Shown: positions 35,301 through 43,163 of the stretch, piece after piece
Layout of the letters: each line of letters starts with the position of its first letter
Numbering within the stretch: the stretch's first letter is position 1
Source: Myxococcales bacterium
GTDB taxonomy: Bacteria; Myxococcota_A; UBA9042
NCBI GenBank assembly: GCA_947491025.1
Contig: CANLIC010000003.1
Span: 114,005 to 178,004, forward strand
Length of the DNA stretch: 64,000 bases
Reading direction: 5' to 3'
The notes under the pieces: model-generated
The model's input: the letters and a program-made list of their open reading frames with translations, nothing else
Database searches by the model: none
What the model was told of the DNA's origin: nothing
Translations under genes and position numbers: made by a program

Positions 35301-36289
35301 CTACCACCGCCGCTGTTGCCGCCACCGCCGCCGTTGCCGCCACCGGCGTCGTTGCTGCCGCCCGCGTCATCGCCGCTGCCGCCGCCGCCGTTCCCGCCGC
35401 CGCCGTTGCCGCCGCCGCTGCCGCCGCCGCTGCCGCCGCCGCTGCCGCCGCCGCTGCCGCCGCCGCCGCCGCCGTTGCTACCGCCGCCGCCGTTGCCGCC
35501 GCTCGCGTCATCGCCGCTGCCGCCGCCGCCGCCGCCGTTGCCGCCGCCGCCGCCGCTGTTGCCGCCGCTGCCGCCCGCGTCATCGCTGCTGCCGCCCGCG
35601 TCATCGCCGCCGCCGTTGCCGCCGCCGCCGTTGCCGCCGCCGCTGCCGCCGCCGCTGCCGTCGCCGTTGCTGCCGCCGTTGCCGCCGCCGTCGTTGCCGC
35701 CGCCGCTGCCGTCGCCGTTGCTGCCGCCGCCCGCGTCATCGCCGGTGCCGCCGCCGGTGCCGCCGCCGTTGCCGCCGCCCGCGTCATCGCCGCTGCCGCC
35801 GCCGTTGCCGCCGCCCGCGTCATCGCCGCCGCCGCTCGCGTCATCGCCGTTGCCGCCCACGTCATCACCGCTGCCGCTGCTGCCGCCGCCGTTGCTGCCG
35901 CCATTGCTGCCGCTGCTGCTGCCGCCGCCGTTGCCGCCGCCGTTGCCGCCGCCCGCGTCATCGCCGCCGCCGCCGTTGCCGGCGTCATCACCACCATTGC
36001 CAGCTCGGCCGTCGCCCTCGCCGGGCAGGCTCGCGCCGCCGCTCTGGACATCTTCCCCTAGCACCTGGGCGCTACCGGCGCCGGCGCGGCTATCTTGGCC
36101 CCCGATGTTGCTGAGTCCGCCATCGTTTTCGTCGCTGCCAGCGACACCCAGTGTGTCCTCGTCGATCGCGGCTGAGCCGTCTGCCAAAGGGGTTGCGCCG
36201 CCGGGCTCGCCGCCGCAGGCCGCGAGGCCCATGCCCAGGGCGAGTGTGAGTGCGATGCGCGGGGTCCAGGTGGTCTTGGTGACGGCCAT
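29393..36289 (-). CDS. Giant Cys-rich repeat surface lipoprotein (~2300 aa)
   Basis: GGAGGA RBS and ATG 36289, lipobox LAAC, a Gly/Asn/Asp tract, an ETCNGKDDDCNG motif, dozens of CDDGNPCTxDxC repeats, a GYWKNH domain and a terminal beta domain. Confidence 0.88.
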   Translation of the reverse strand: MAVTKTTWTPRIALTLALGMGLAACGGEPGGATPLADGSAAIDEDTLGVAGSDENDGGLSNIGGQDSRAGAGSAQVLGEDVQSGGASLPGEGDGRAGNGGDDAGNGGGGDDAGGGNGGGNGGGSSSGSNGGSNGGGSSGSGDDVGGNGDDASGGGDDAGGGNGGGSGDDAGGGNGGGTGGGTGDDAGGGSNGDGSGGGNDGGGNGGSNGDGSGGGSGGGNGGGGNGGGDDAGGSSDDAGGSGGNSGGGGGNGGGGGGSGDDASGGNGGGGSNGGGGGGSGGGSGGGSGGGSGGGNGGGGNGGGGSGDDAGGSNDAGGGNGGGGGNSGGGSGDDAGGGNGGGGSGDDAGNGGGNGGEPPCVATGAETCNGKDDDCNGKIDDGCSCDDGNACTKDSCAGAAGCLHAATAGADCDDGDVCTAGDGCIDGACLGQKLGCDDGNPCTDDSCEPKLGCVHGPCATSQGCDDGDACTTGDACQAGGCVGKTVPCDDGNPCTDDVCDAEQGCVFAPCAAKACDDGNPCTQGDVCGKGACVGQGVSCDDGNPCTIDACDGKGSCTHAAAKGVACDDGSKCTTDDACQGGSCQGKALVCDDNKPCTADSCEPIVGCQHGPSSGAACDDGDACTTGDGCQEGACKGATKACDDANPCTDDSCDAGKGCVHTACKGEKACDDGNACTSGDACQAGVCQGAAKSCDDSNPCTDDSCNKGSGCVHAGKNGGTCDDGSACSSADSCLAGKCAGAPVQCDDDNPCTDDTCDASKGCVHTACQGAKPCHDGDACTADDACQGGSCQGKPVACNDGNACTTDSCDKKAGCIAKPLTGPGCSDGDACTSNDGCKDGKCHGATVACDDDNACTKDACDSAKGCIHANLDGSPCHDGSACTSKDACKQGSCQGQAVACDDGNACTADTCDKTTGCVHKAQSGQACDDGNACSVGDACKLGLCQGSAKSCDDGNPCTDDACDKATGCKSAPCGTKPCDDGDACTSQDACQKGSCLGKAIACDDGNPCTIDSCLKASGCTYAPASGGACDDGSACTAKDSCSAGKCSGAAIACDDGNACTSDGCDPKLGCLSKPLTGGGCDDGSACTGADACQSGSCLGKAIACDDGNACTKDACDSLKGCIFTAIQGGGCDDGNVCTSADSCQAGKCKGLGLSCDDGNPCTQDACIAGKGCAPQALTGPSCDDGNACSASDGCKDGKCVGAAVTCDDGNPCTADACDAKSGCAFAAQTGKACDDANACTTGDSCQSGVCGGSAKACDDGNACTSDGCDAQQGCFVKALTGQGCNDGDACTSNDACQAGKCGGAAIACDDGNPCTADACDKAKGCTAQALTGKACDDGNACTVGDACAASACQGAVKVCDDANPCTADSCDAKLGCQHAAQGGACDDANACTSGDACSAGQCKGATVACDDGNPCTADACDKAKGCVAAPLTGKACDDASACTAGDACSEGTCVGASIACDDGNPCTADSCDTKAGCKVAPVEGKPCDDASACTSGDVCGGGACKGAAIACDDGNPCTTDSCNAKLGCQSAAATGDACSDGSACTTGDLCQSGSCQGKAISCDDGNPCTTDACDVGAGCAVTPADGKACDDGNKCSSGDACSGGVCKPAVVGCDDGNPCTSDSCVTSTGCKQVAKTGACNDGNACTTYDACSAGACVGKQKVCNDGNPCTSDACDKTAGCIHKAVDGGSCSDNSVCTTSDACSGGKCVGKALDCNDGNPCTGDSCDKCGGCLHKVLTGICDDGNACTSGDACSYGKCVGKGVACDDGNVCTTDTCVVGKGCTSSAKDGLACNDGNACSLSDSCSAGKCVGKAALCDDGDPCTADACDMKAGCATSAKTGGACDDGSACTSEDVCSAGKCVGKTISCDDGDACTADTCDSKVGCKKSPVVDGTACDDGNFCNGADACKAGTCEPKPSGPKVCGEPKTIGYWKNHGSSWPAQSLKLGPTTYNQSQLLSILSQATAVDATKMLAAQLVATKLNLLTGAKDDGISKTVAAADAFLVANPYGSNPGGEVRIAGLALKDDLDDYNNSHSANAGCIGGGSTVDCNDGNACTADGCDSATGKCTATPMNAACDDGNACTASDTCSGGGCKGGTAKVCNDDNACTMDSCDIKGGACVHTPISGCGAICHVLDFDKTSTGTAIAAGTVMTSQYSGLGVAISATNASGCHPDKAITFNSAAPTGGDTDLATPDWKNLLIVAESDLDKDKNGLVDVPDDEASGGSLFFSFAAPVTLNGIGLVDVEETGGQLIATLANGTKKTLAIGGMKNGAQATVAIGWASVKALEVRLVGSGAVDNLAFCK
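35225..36000. repeat. GCC-rich low-complexity tract encoding G/N/S/DDA repeats
   Basis: Runs of gccgccgcc punctuated by cgcgtcatc; the minus-strand translation gives GDDAGGGNGGG units. Confidence 0.85.
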
Positions 36290-36299
36290 CGCTGTCCTC

Positions 36300-36720
36300 C
36301 CTAGCGGCTGGCGGAGAGACACCCGCCATTCTCATCAGTCAAACTACGGGTCCCGGGCTTGGTGCGCAAGTGCTTGAAATCATGATAGACTTCTATTCAT
36401 CGGGGTGTCTAAACCCCATCGAGGGAGATCAAGAAAAAACGAGGCAATAACGATGGTATGGCGCGATCTCCGCAGCGAGGCGCGCCAGACTCTCGATGAT
36501 GTGCTAGGTACGAATCGCAGGGCCCGCCTGGCGATGAAATGCTATGGTGTCTATCTGGTTGTCGTCATGGTCCACGCCACGGGCTTGGCAGAGGAGTCGT
36601 TGGCGGCATCACTAGATAGGTATATACTAGACAAATCATAAGTTAGCATTTCGCTACATTATAATAGCTGAGTATAAACATGGTTACAATCAATTCTCGC
36701 AGGAATTCGACCGAAAAGAG
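36300..36720. promoter_or_regulatory. AT-rich regulatory region upstream of the giant lipoprotein gene
   Basis: Visibly lower GC than the flanks, several palindromes and no credible ORF. Confidence 0.5.
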
Positions 36721-37028
36721 GAGGATGAGGCAGGGACCGACGGTGATCGCGCGACACCACTGCAACGGCAGCTTGATCATTGGAGATCGCGGCCGAGGCC
36801 GGATCCAACATACTTCTTCACATCCGGCCCTGACAAGGGTAACGAGGGCAAGGGACAACCCTAGGTTTTCAAGCCTTGCGCTGCGCCTCGACCGAAACGG
36901 CCATCGACTTCTTGTTCCCGGCGGGTGCGTGGCGGTGACCCCGCCGCGGCGTCGTGCGTCGAAGCTGCCGCTGGTGGGGAGGCGAAAGTGAGGCGGCTTG
37001 CCATCTGCCGACGGCGTCGGCCTGCGCG

Positions 37029-37970
37029 TTAGGACTCGGCGGGCAAGAGCAACGCCGCGCCTTCGAATTCCAGGCGTACCGCATCGGCGCCGCAGCGGCG
37101 CTCGAGCCACCTGAGCCCGAAATGATAGCGCGCGACCCTATGGTGGTGGTCCAGGAATGCGACGTTGATGGCCGCGGCCGTTGCGGCCCCGAGGATCGGC
37201 AGCACCTGCAGCGCGCTCTTTTGCGAGACGACGGTTCCATAGCGGCCGGCGATCTTGCCGAGAAGCTCGGCCAGCGCTGGCGACTTGGAGCGCAGCAGCG
37301 CGCGCGCCAGGTCGTCGGCGGAGAGCTGGGCCGCCATGCGACCGAGGTCCAGCGTCGCGCGCTGCAGGCCCCAGCGCGTCGCGTAGTAGGCCGTTTGGGC
37401 GTGCGGTGGCGCATCGGCCACACCGGCTGAGGAGATCGGCGGGCTTTGGTGGAGGCCGCTGCCGCCGAGACGAGTCGGCGGCGGTCCTGCGCCGAGGGCG
37501 AAGACGGCGACGCACTCGAGCCGTTCGCGCGGGTCATCGAGGTCAGCGCCCAGGTGCGCCGCGATGTCGGCGATGCTGCGCAGCATGAGAATGGTCGTGG
37601 CGCTCAGCTCGGCTGCCAGCGTGAGGCCGCCCAGCAGCCCACCGACAAAGCCAGAGGCCCCGGCTGCCGCGATGCGCTGGTTGCCGGCGTGGTAGCTGTT
37701 GGCGATGAGCGCCTGCAGCTCGCTATGGTCTTCGGCGGCGGCGCCGCGTTGGCGTGGCAGGCCGGTGAGCGCGACGTCGAGCGCACGGCGGAGTGCGGCT
37801 TCGCTGGCGCGGTCGAGGGTGCGGCCTGCGGCGGCGGGCAATCGGCTGAGGAGCAGCTCGACGGGACGGCCCAGCAGGCGTTGGGCGCGCAGGGCGAAAC
37901 TCGGGCGCTCGAGGTAGGCGGCGGCCTCAGCGATGAAGGCGCGCTCCTCGTCACGTAGTGGCCGGGTCAT
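37029..37970 (-). CDS. EcsC family protein
   Basis: YLERPS, TILMLRSIADIA, RLECVAVFALG, QVLPILGA and ARYHFGLRWLER. ATGA overlap with the mutase gene. Confidence 0.8.
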   Translation of the reverse strand: MTRPLRDEERAFIAEAAAYLERPSFALRAQRLLGRPVELLLSRLPAAAGRTLDRASEAALRRALDVALTGLPRQRGAAAEDHSELQALIANSYHAGNQRIAAAGASGFVGGLLGGLTLAAELSATTILMLRSIADIAAHLGADLDDPRERLECVAVFALGAGPPPTRLGGSGLHQSPPISSAGVADAPPHAQTAYYATRWGLQRATLDLGRMAAQLSADDLARALLRSKSPALAELLGKIAGRYGTVVSQKSALQVLPILGAATAAAINVAFLDHHHRVARYHFGLRWLERRCGADAVRLEFEGAALLLPAES

Positions 37971-39961
37971 CGCCCCTCGCTGCTGCCGTGGGTCGGCTTT
38001 GCCTCAGGGCGGGCGCAGGCGGCGAATGCGGCGACGATGTCGGACACCGCCGCGCCAGGACCGAAAAGGGAGACCACGCCTAGCGCACGCAGGGCATCGT
38101 GGTCGGCCTGCGGCAAGATGCCGCCGAGCAGGATGGGCAGGTCTGCCGCGCCATGACGGGCCAGCTCTGCGCGCACTTCGCTCGTGACCCAGAGGTGGGC
38201 CCCCGAGAGGCTCGACAGGCCGATGGCATCGACGCCTTCGCTCACCGCGCCGAGTGCGATGGCGCGCGGGGTGGTCCCAGGTCCGAGCCAGATCACCTCC
38301 ATGCCGGCGTCGCGCAGGGCCATCGCCAGCAAGCGCAGCGCGTTGGTGTGACCATCGAGGCCGGCCTTGGCCAGCAGCACCCGCGTCGGTGTGCGGACCG
38401 AGAAGCTGACGGGGAGCCCACCTGCGTCGGCTTGGGGCGTTGTCGGCTGCAGCGCAGCGGCCCTTGGCGCGCCGCCGCTGAGGTCGACGCCGAGCGGGGC
38501 AGACCAGCGTGGGCCGCGGACTTCGAGGATGGCGCTCGTCCACTCGCCGGTGGTGCCGCCGGCCTTGGCGAAGTCGATGGAGGCCTCCACGATGCCGAGA
38601 TCGCCGCGCGCGGCCTCGATCAGCGCAGCCCGCGCCGTCCGCCAGGCCTCATCGTCGCGACCTTGGCGCCAGGCCCGCAGCGCTTGCGCACGCAGGGCGG
38701 CCACGGCGTCGTTGCTGGGGCCGGACTCGACGGCGGCGGGGCCAGCGATGCCCATGGGCTCCTGGAACGCGTTGACGCCGACCAGCACTTGCTCGCCGCG
38801 CTCGATGCGCTGGCTCCACTCGCGCACCCGGCGCCCGAGCAGACCGGCCAGCTCGAGGATCGTCGCCTCGTAGCCGAGCTTCAACGAACGGTCGACGATC
38901 GCCTCCGCCGCGGCCGCGATGCGCGCGGTCTCGGCCTCGATGACGTGGGAGCCGGCGAAGATGTCCGGCCAATCGGCGATGCCGGTCTCGTGCATCCAGA
39001 CCTGCTGCGTTCGCAGCGCGAGCAGCTGCTCGGCCGCGTCGGGCAGGCCGATGGCCTCGCGAAAACCCGGGAGCTGCAGCGCCCCCACCCGCGCCTCGGC
39101 CGATGCCAGAACCGGCAAGCAACTGAGCGCGATGCGAACGATATTGACCTCCGGCTGCTGCGCGGTGAGCGTCAGAGAGCGCACCTGGCAGCCGGCGCGG
39201 AAGCGCGTCTCGACCCCGTAGCGCTGCCGGCACATGCGCGGCCACAGCGCAGCGTAGGCGCGCACTTTCGCGATCTCAGGCACCAATTCGATGCCGGAGT
39301 TGATGAAGAACGACGTCGCGTCGACCGCCTCCGCCAGCTCCTCTGCCGGCAGGCGCGCCCGCACCGCATCGAGCAGCAGGACGGCGCCGGCGATGGCGTA
39401 GCCGACCTCCTCCTCCGGCCGAGCGGCGGACTCCATCAGGTGGTAGCCGCAGCAATTGGTTGGGTTCCAGCGCGGGGTGTGGGCGCGGGCGGTGGCGACG
39501 AGATCGACGCTGAAGGCGAAGCTGGTGGCGGGATCGAAAATCGACGTGCCGCGGGCGACGAACTCCTTGAGCAGGTCGTTCTGGGTGGTGCCGCGCAGGG
39601 CGGCGCGGTTGACGCCTCGCTCGTCGGCCAGGGCCAGGTACATGGCGTAGAGCCAAGGCGCGGTCGCGTTGATGGTCATCGAGGTGTTGGCGGCGGCCAG
39701 GTCGATTCCATCAAAAAGAGCCCTCATATCGCCGAGATGGCCAATACTGACACCCGTGCGTCCCACCTCGCCTTGCGCCATCGCGTCGTCGGCGTCGTAG
39801 CCGCACTGCGTCGGCAGGTCGAACGCCACCGAGAGGCCGCGCTGGCCCTGTGCAAGGTTCTGGCGGAAGCGCGCGTTGGTGTCAGCCGCGCTGCCGAACC
39901 CGGCGTAGGTGCGGATGATCCAAGGGGTGCGCCCTGGCGACGAGGCGGGCTCGGCGCTCAT
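37967..39961 (-). CDS. ecm: Ethylmalonyl-CoA mutase-like B12-dependent mutase (MeaA/Ecm)
   Basis: PWIIRTYAG, GLSVAFDLPTQ, TSMTINATAPW, GTTQND, GCQV and LQLP (Ecm-type Gly/Pro positions); fused B12 domain GLDGH...GLSSLSGAH. Confidence 0.8.
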   Translation of the reverse strand: MSAEPASSPGRTPWIIRTYAGFGSAADTNARFRQNLAQGQRGLSVAFDLPTQCGYDADDAMAQGEVGRTGVSIGHLGDMRALFDGIDLAAANTSMTINATAPWLYAMYLALADERGVNRAALRGTTQNDLLKEFVARGTSIFDPATSFAFSVDLVATARAHTPRWNPTNCCGYHLMESAARPEEEVGYAIAGAVLLLDAVRARLPAEELAEAVDATSFFINSGIELVPEIAKVRAYAALWPRMCRQRYGVETRFRAGCQVRSLTLTAQQPEVNIVRIALSCLPVLASAEARVGALQLPGFREAIGLPDAAEQLLALRTQQVWMHETGIADWPDIFAGSHVIEAETARIAAAAEAIVDRSLKLGYEATILELAGLLGRRVREWSQRIERGEQVLVGVNAFQEPMGIAGPAAVESGPSNDAVAALRAQALRAWRQGRDDEAWRTARAALIEAARGDLGIVEASIDFAKAGGTTGEWTSAILEVRGPRWSAPLGVDLSGGAPRAAALQPTTPQADAGGLPVSFSVRTPTRVLLAKAGLDGHTNALRLLAMALRDAGMEVIWLGPGTTPRAIALGAVSEGVDAIGLSSLSGAHLWVTSEVRAELARHGAADLPILLGGILPQADHDALRALGVVSLFGPGAAVSDIVAAFAACARPEAKPTHGSSEGR

Positions 39962-41736
39962 GGCTGCCCCCCAGGGGCGGCGCTCTTCGCTCGGTCTGCC
40001 GACGCTGCTCGCGTGGCCAGGCGGTCGCGCAGCAAGGCACGCGCGATGACCAGGACCGCCAGGACCTCCTCGGCGCCCTCAAAGATCGACAGCACGCGTG
40101 CGTCCTGCCAGTAGCGGCTCACGGCGAACTCTTCGGAGTAGCCCATGCCGCCGTGCAGCTGCATCGCCTCGCGCGTCACCGACTCCGCGTCGCGGCAAGC
40201 CAGCAGCTTGACCAGGCTGGCGTCGTGGTCGCCGCGAGCGCGCGTGGCGGCATCTGCGCTGTCCATGGCGTCGCATACCGCATAGGTCATCTGGCGCGCC
40301 AGGGCGACGCGCGCCGCCATGTCGCAGAGCTTGCGGCGGCAGATGGGCAGGCTGTCGAGGCTGCGACCGAAGACCATGCGCTCGCGGCTGTAGCGCAGCG
40401 CAGCGCGCAACGCGGCCTCCATGACGCCCACGGCGCGGGCGGCGGTCTGGATGCGACCGCCAGCGAAGCCCTTCATCTGCAGGGCGAAGCCGGCGCCGAC
40501 GTCACCGACGCGGTGCTCGTCGCTCACCCAGAAGCGCTCCAAAAAGCAGGTGAAGCTGTGCATCCCTCGGTAGCCCACCGTGGGGATGGCCCGTCCGGAG
40601 AGGGTGCCGCCACGGCCGTCATCACAGGCGAAGCTGCGATCGTCGGCCGGCGCCATCACCGGCGGCTTCGGCACCAGAAAGAGCGTCAGGCCCTTGGCAC
40701 CGTCCGCGGCGCTGCCGGTGCGGGCCAAGACCAGCAGCACGCTTGCGCGGCCGGCGAAGGTGCACCAGGTCTTCTCGCCGGTGAGCAGCCAGCCGCCATC
40801 GGGTGCGCGATCGGCGACGGTGCGCACCGCGGCGACGTCGGAGCCGGCCCCGGGCTCGGTGACCGCGATGGCGACGATCTCCTGGCCACGCGCGATCCTC
40901 GGCAGCCATTGGCGCTTTTGCGCCTCGGTGCCGCCGGCGAGCAGCGCCTTGCTGGCGATCTCGGGCCTCGTGATCACCGAGCCGCCAGCGCCTAGGCTGC
41001 AGCGGCTGAGCTCCTCGGTGGCGATGGCCATGCTGCGGTGGTCGATGAACTGGCCGCCCCAACGCTCCGGAATGGTGATGCCGAGCGCGCCGACCTCGGC
41101 GTAAGCGCTGAGCAGCGACTCGGGCAGCAGGGCGTCGTGGCGGTGGATCTCTTCGGCCAGCGGCGCCACTTGTGCGTCGGCGAAATCGCGGAAGAGCGTG
41201 CGGATGTCGTCGTGATCGCTCGACAATGCGTAGGCCGGCGCCGCGCTGGTGCCGCCCTCGGCGAGCAGCGGCCAGAGCGCATCCAGGGCGGCGGGCCCAC
41301 AGGCGGCGGGGGCGGCGGCCTTCACCGCCGGCGTGAGCGCCAGGCCCGAGGCAGCGGGCGACGCCTCAACGCCGGCCAGGCCCGGCCATGCTACCTCGGC
41401 GCGAAAGCTGGCGTCCAAGCTGAGCAGCGCCCGCGCCACCGCGTAGGCCCCGAGTCGCTGCAGGGCCGCGCTACGGCCGGCGTAGGCGTCGAGCAGGGTC
41501 TGCGCCGCGCGCAGCTCGGCCACTGCGCGGGCCAGGAGCATCGCCGCCTCGCCGTGTCGGTGCAGGCGGTCCGCGTCGAGGCTGCCGCTGCGCCGTGGGT
41601 CGGCGACGGCGTCTGCCAGGGCGTCGGTGAGGGTGTCGAGCTGGGCCGTGGCCTCGGCGAGCCCGGCACGCAGGGCGTCGTTCAAGGCGGCTTGCGACGG
41701 CCCTGGCCCGGAGCCAGCGGCGGGTTCGACGGACAT
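39958..41736 (-). CDS. mcd: Acyl-CoA dehydrogenase, methylsuccinyl-CoA dehydrogenase-like
   Basis: Long N-terminal extension, TEPGAGSD, GEKTW, GYRGMHSF, GGRIQTAARAVG and ARVLSIFEGAEE; adjacent to ecm. Confidence 0.75.
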   Translation of the reverse strand: MSVEPAAGSGPGPSQAALNDALRAGLAEATAQLDTLTDALADAVADPRRSGSLDADRLHRHGEAAMLLARAVAELRAAQTLLDAYAGRSAALQRLGAYAVARALLSLDASFRAEVAWPGLAGVEASPAASGLALTPAVKAAAPAACGPAALDALWPLLAEGGTSAAPAYALSSDHDDIRTLFRDFADAQVAPLAEEIHRHDALLPESLLSAYAEVGALGITIPERWGGQFIDHRSMAIATEELSRCSLGAGGSVITRPEIASKALLAGGTEAQKRQWLPRIARGQEIVAIAVTEPGAGSDVAAVRTVADRAPDGGWLLTGEKTWCTFAGRASVLLVLARTGSAADGAKGLTLFLVPKPPVMAPADDRSFACDDGRGGTLSGRAIPTVGYRGMHSFTCFLERFWVSDEHRVGDVGAGFALQMKGFAGGRIQTAARAVGVMEAALRAALRYSRERMVFGRSLDSLPICRRKLCDMAARVALARQMTYAVCDAMDSADAATRARGDHDASLVKLLACRDAESVTREAMQLHGGMGYSEEFAVSRYWQDARVLSIFEGAEEVLAVLVIARALLRDRLATRAASADRAKSAAPGGQP

Positions 41737-41785
41737 CGGCGCGCTCCCGGGCGGCGGGGGAATCGGCGTCAAAGGCCTTACAGCG

Positions 41786-42961
41786 TCAAGGCTTATTGAC
41801 TTCGTAGATGGGGAAGTACGAGCTGCAGACGCCGGAGTGATACTCCTCGTGCAAGCGCGGCACCTCTTCGAAGCCGTAGACGTCCATCTCGGCGATGTCG
41901 TCCGGCATCCAACCCGTGTTCTCGGCGAACTGCACCGCCGCCCGGCCCTGCGGGTAGCGCGCGTAGTGGGTGTGGACGTGCGTGTGGCGCTCAATGCACT
42001 CGATGGCGCGGATGTTCTCGATCCGCATCCCTTCTTTCCAGCCGGCGGTGGCCACCACGCCCTGCCGCGAGAGCGCCTTGATGGTCGCCCGCGTCACCGG
42101 TGAGCCGACGTAGTCGAGGAAGATCGAGACGCCGATGCCTTCGGTGCCCTCCTGAACGATGCGCAGAAAGATCTTCTCGCTCTCGAGGTAACGCTTCTTG
42201 TAGTCAGGATCGGAGGCGTAGCGCTGTTGGTCGTAGTCGAGATCGGCGAAGTGCCTGCGGTCGATCGCGGTCATTCCGGCGCGCTTGATGGCGCGCAAGC
42301 GCCTGGCGCTGCTGGAGATCATGGCGACGCGCGCGCCGGAAAACTTGGCGAGGGTCAGCTCGGCCCAGGTCACGCCGCCGCCCCAGCCCCAGACGTAGGG
42401 CGAAGGGCAATCCTCGACGCCCATCTGAACGCGCCAGCAGCCGTAGGCCTGCTGCCAGTTCGACCACGCCGTGATGTAGCGCAGCGAGAAGGCCGCCCAC
42501 TGCTTGAGCGAGAAGCGCGAGGCGTCCGGCACCGCGATGACCTGGTGCTGGTGCAGCACCGTTCGCTTGGCGAGCAGGCCGATGGTGCCTGGTGCGTCAT
42601 AGCCGAAGATCTTGATCGGGTAGCCCCACTTGTCCCACACGCCATTGCAGAACAAGATCGCGAGGTCACCCTCCTTGACGGTCTTGACGCGCTCGCCCAC
42701 CCGCAGCACGCGCACCACGCCTGCGTTGCCGAGCACGACGTAGTCTTCGCCGCGTTGCCGCGCCACATCCACCGGCTTGCGCTCGATGGCGTGGCTCATG
42801 TTGCCTTCCCAGCAGCCGTAGAGTGACTCAACGAGGCAATACTCTTCGCCCATCTCCGGCAGCGTGATGTCGGTCAGCTCGAGCTGGCCCGGGCCCGGCT
42901 TGGGGTCGTTGACGGTGGCCCGCAAGATCCAGGCCTGGCTGCGTTCGGTGGTGTGCGGCAT
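41786..42961 (-). CDS. Divergent crotonyl-CoA carboxylase/reductase-like MDR oxidoreductase
   Basis: MDR-type segments (VGERVKTVKEGD, IFGYDAPG, VWGWGGGV) align by eye with Ccr. GGGGAG RBS before ATG 42961. Confidence 0.65.
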   Translation of the reverse strand: MPHTTERSQAWILRATVNDPKPGPGQLELTDITLPEMGEEYCLVESLYGCWEGNMSHAIERKPVDVARQRGEDYVVLGNAGVVRVLRVGERVKTVKEGDLAILFCNGVWDKWGYPIKIFGYDAPGTIGLLAKRTVLHQHQVIAVPDASRFSLKQWAAFSLRYITAWSNWQQAYGCWRVQMGVEDCPSPYVWGWGGGVTWAELTLAKFSGARVAMISSSARRLRAIKRAGMTAIDRRHFADLDYDQQRYASDPDYKKRYLESEKIFLRIVQEGTEGIGVSIFLDYVGSPVTRATIKALSRQGVVATAGWKEGMRIENIRAIECIERHTHVHTHYARYPQGRAAVQFAENTGWMPDDIAEMDVYGFEEVPRLHEEYHSGVCSSYFPIYEVNKP

Positions 42962-43009
42962 GGTCAAACTCCCCGTCAGCGGATGCGACGCCAGCGCGTG
43001 TATGGCCGC

Positions 43010-43039
43010 ACCCTAGCGAGAATTGACACGCTGCGTCAA
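43010..43039 (-). promoter_or_regulatory. Sigma70 promoter with overlapping inverted repeat
   Basis: TTGACG-N18-TAGGGT on the minus strand; TTGAC-N7-GTCAA palindrome at 43023-43039. Confidence 0.55.
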
Positions 43040-43163
43040 GGTTGACGGAGGGTGTCGTCCGCTGTCTGTTGGGAACACGATCGCGTACGAGAAGGTCGCG
43101 TCCCCAATTCGCCATGCGAACGCTGCGGCGATTGGCGCCGCGCTTCCACGTTTGGCTGGGAGG

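Noticed and set aside
29393-36289. Giant Cys-rich proteins as substrates of the rSAM enzyme
   Set aside because: They are exported, probably disulfide-bonded and not linked to the rSAM gene. The overlapping upstream gene is a far better candidate.
31100-36377. Long plus-strand ORFs (1270 aa, 625 aa, poly-Pro 498 aa)
   Set aside because: They are antisense shadows of the giant Cys/Gly-rich gene in GC-rich DNA.
36405-37110. Small ORFs in the AT-rich region, or a mobile-element remnant
   Set aside because: Atypical codon usage, no motifs, no terminal repeats and no transposase.
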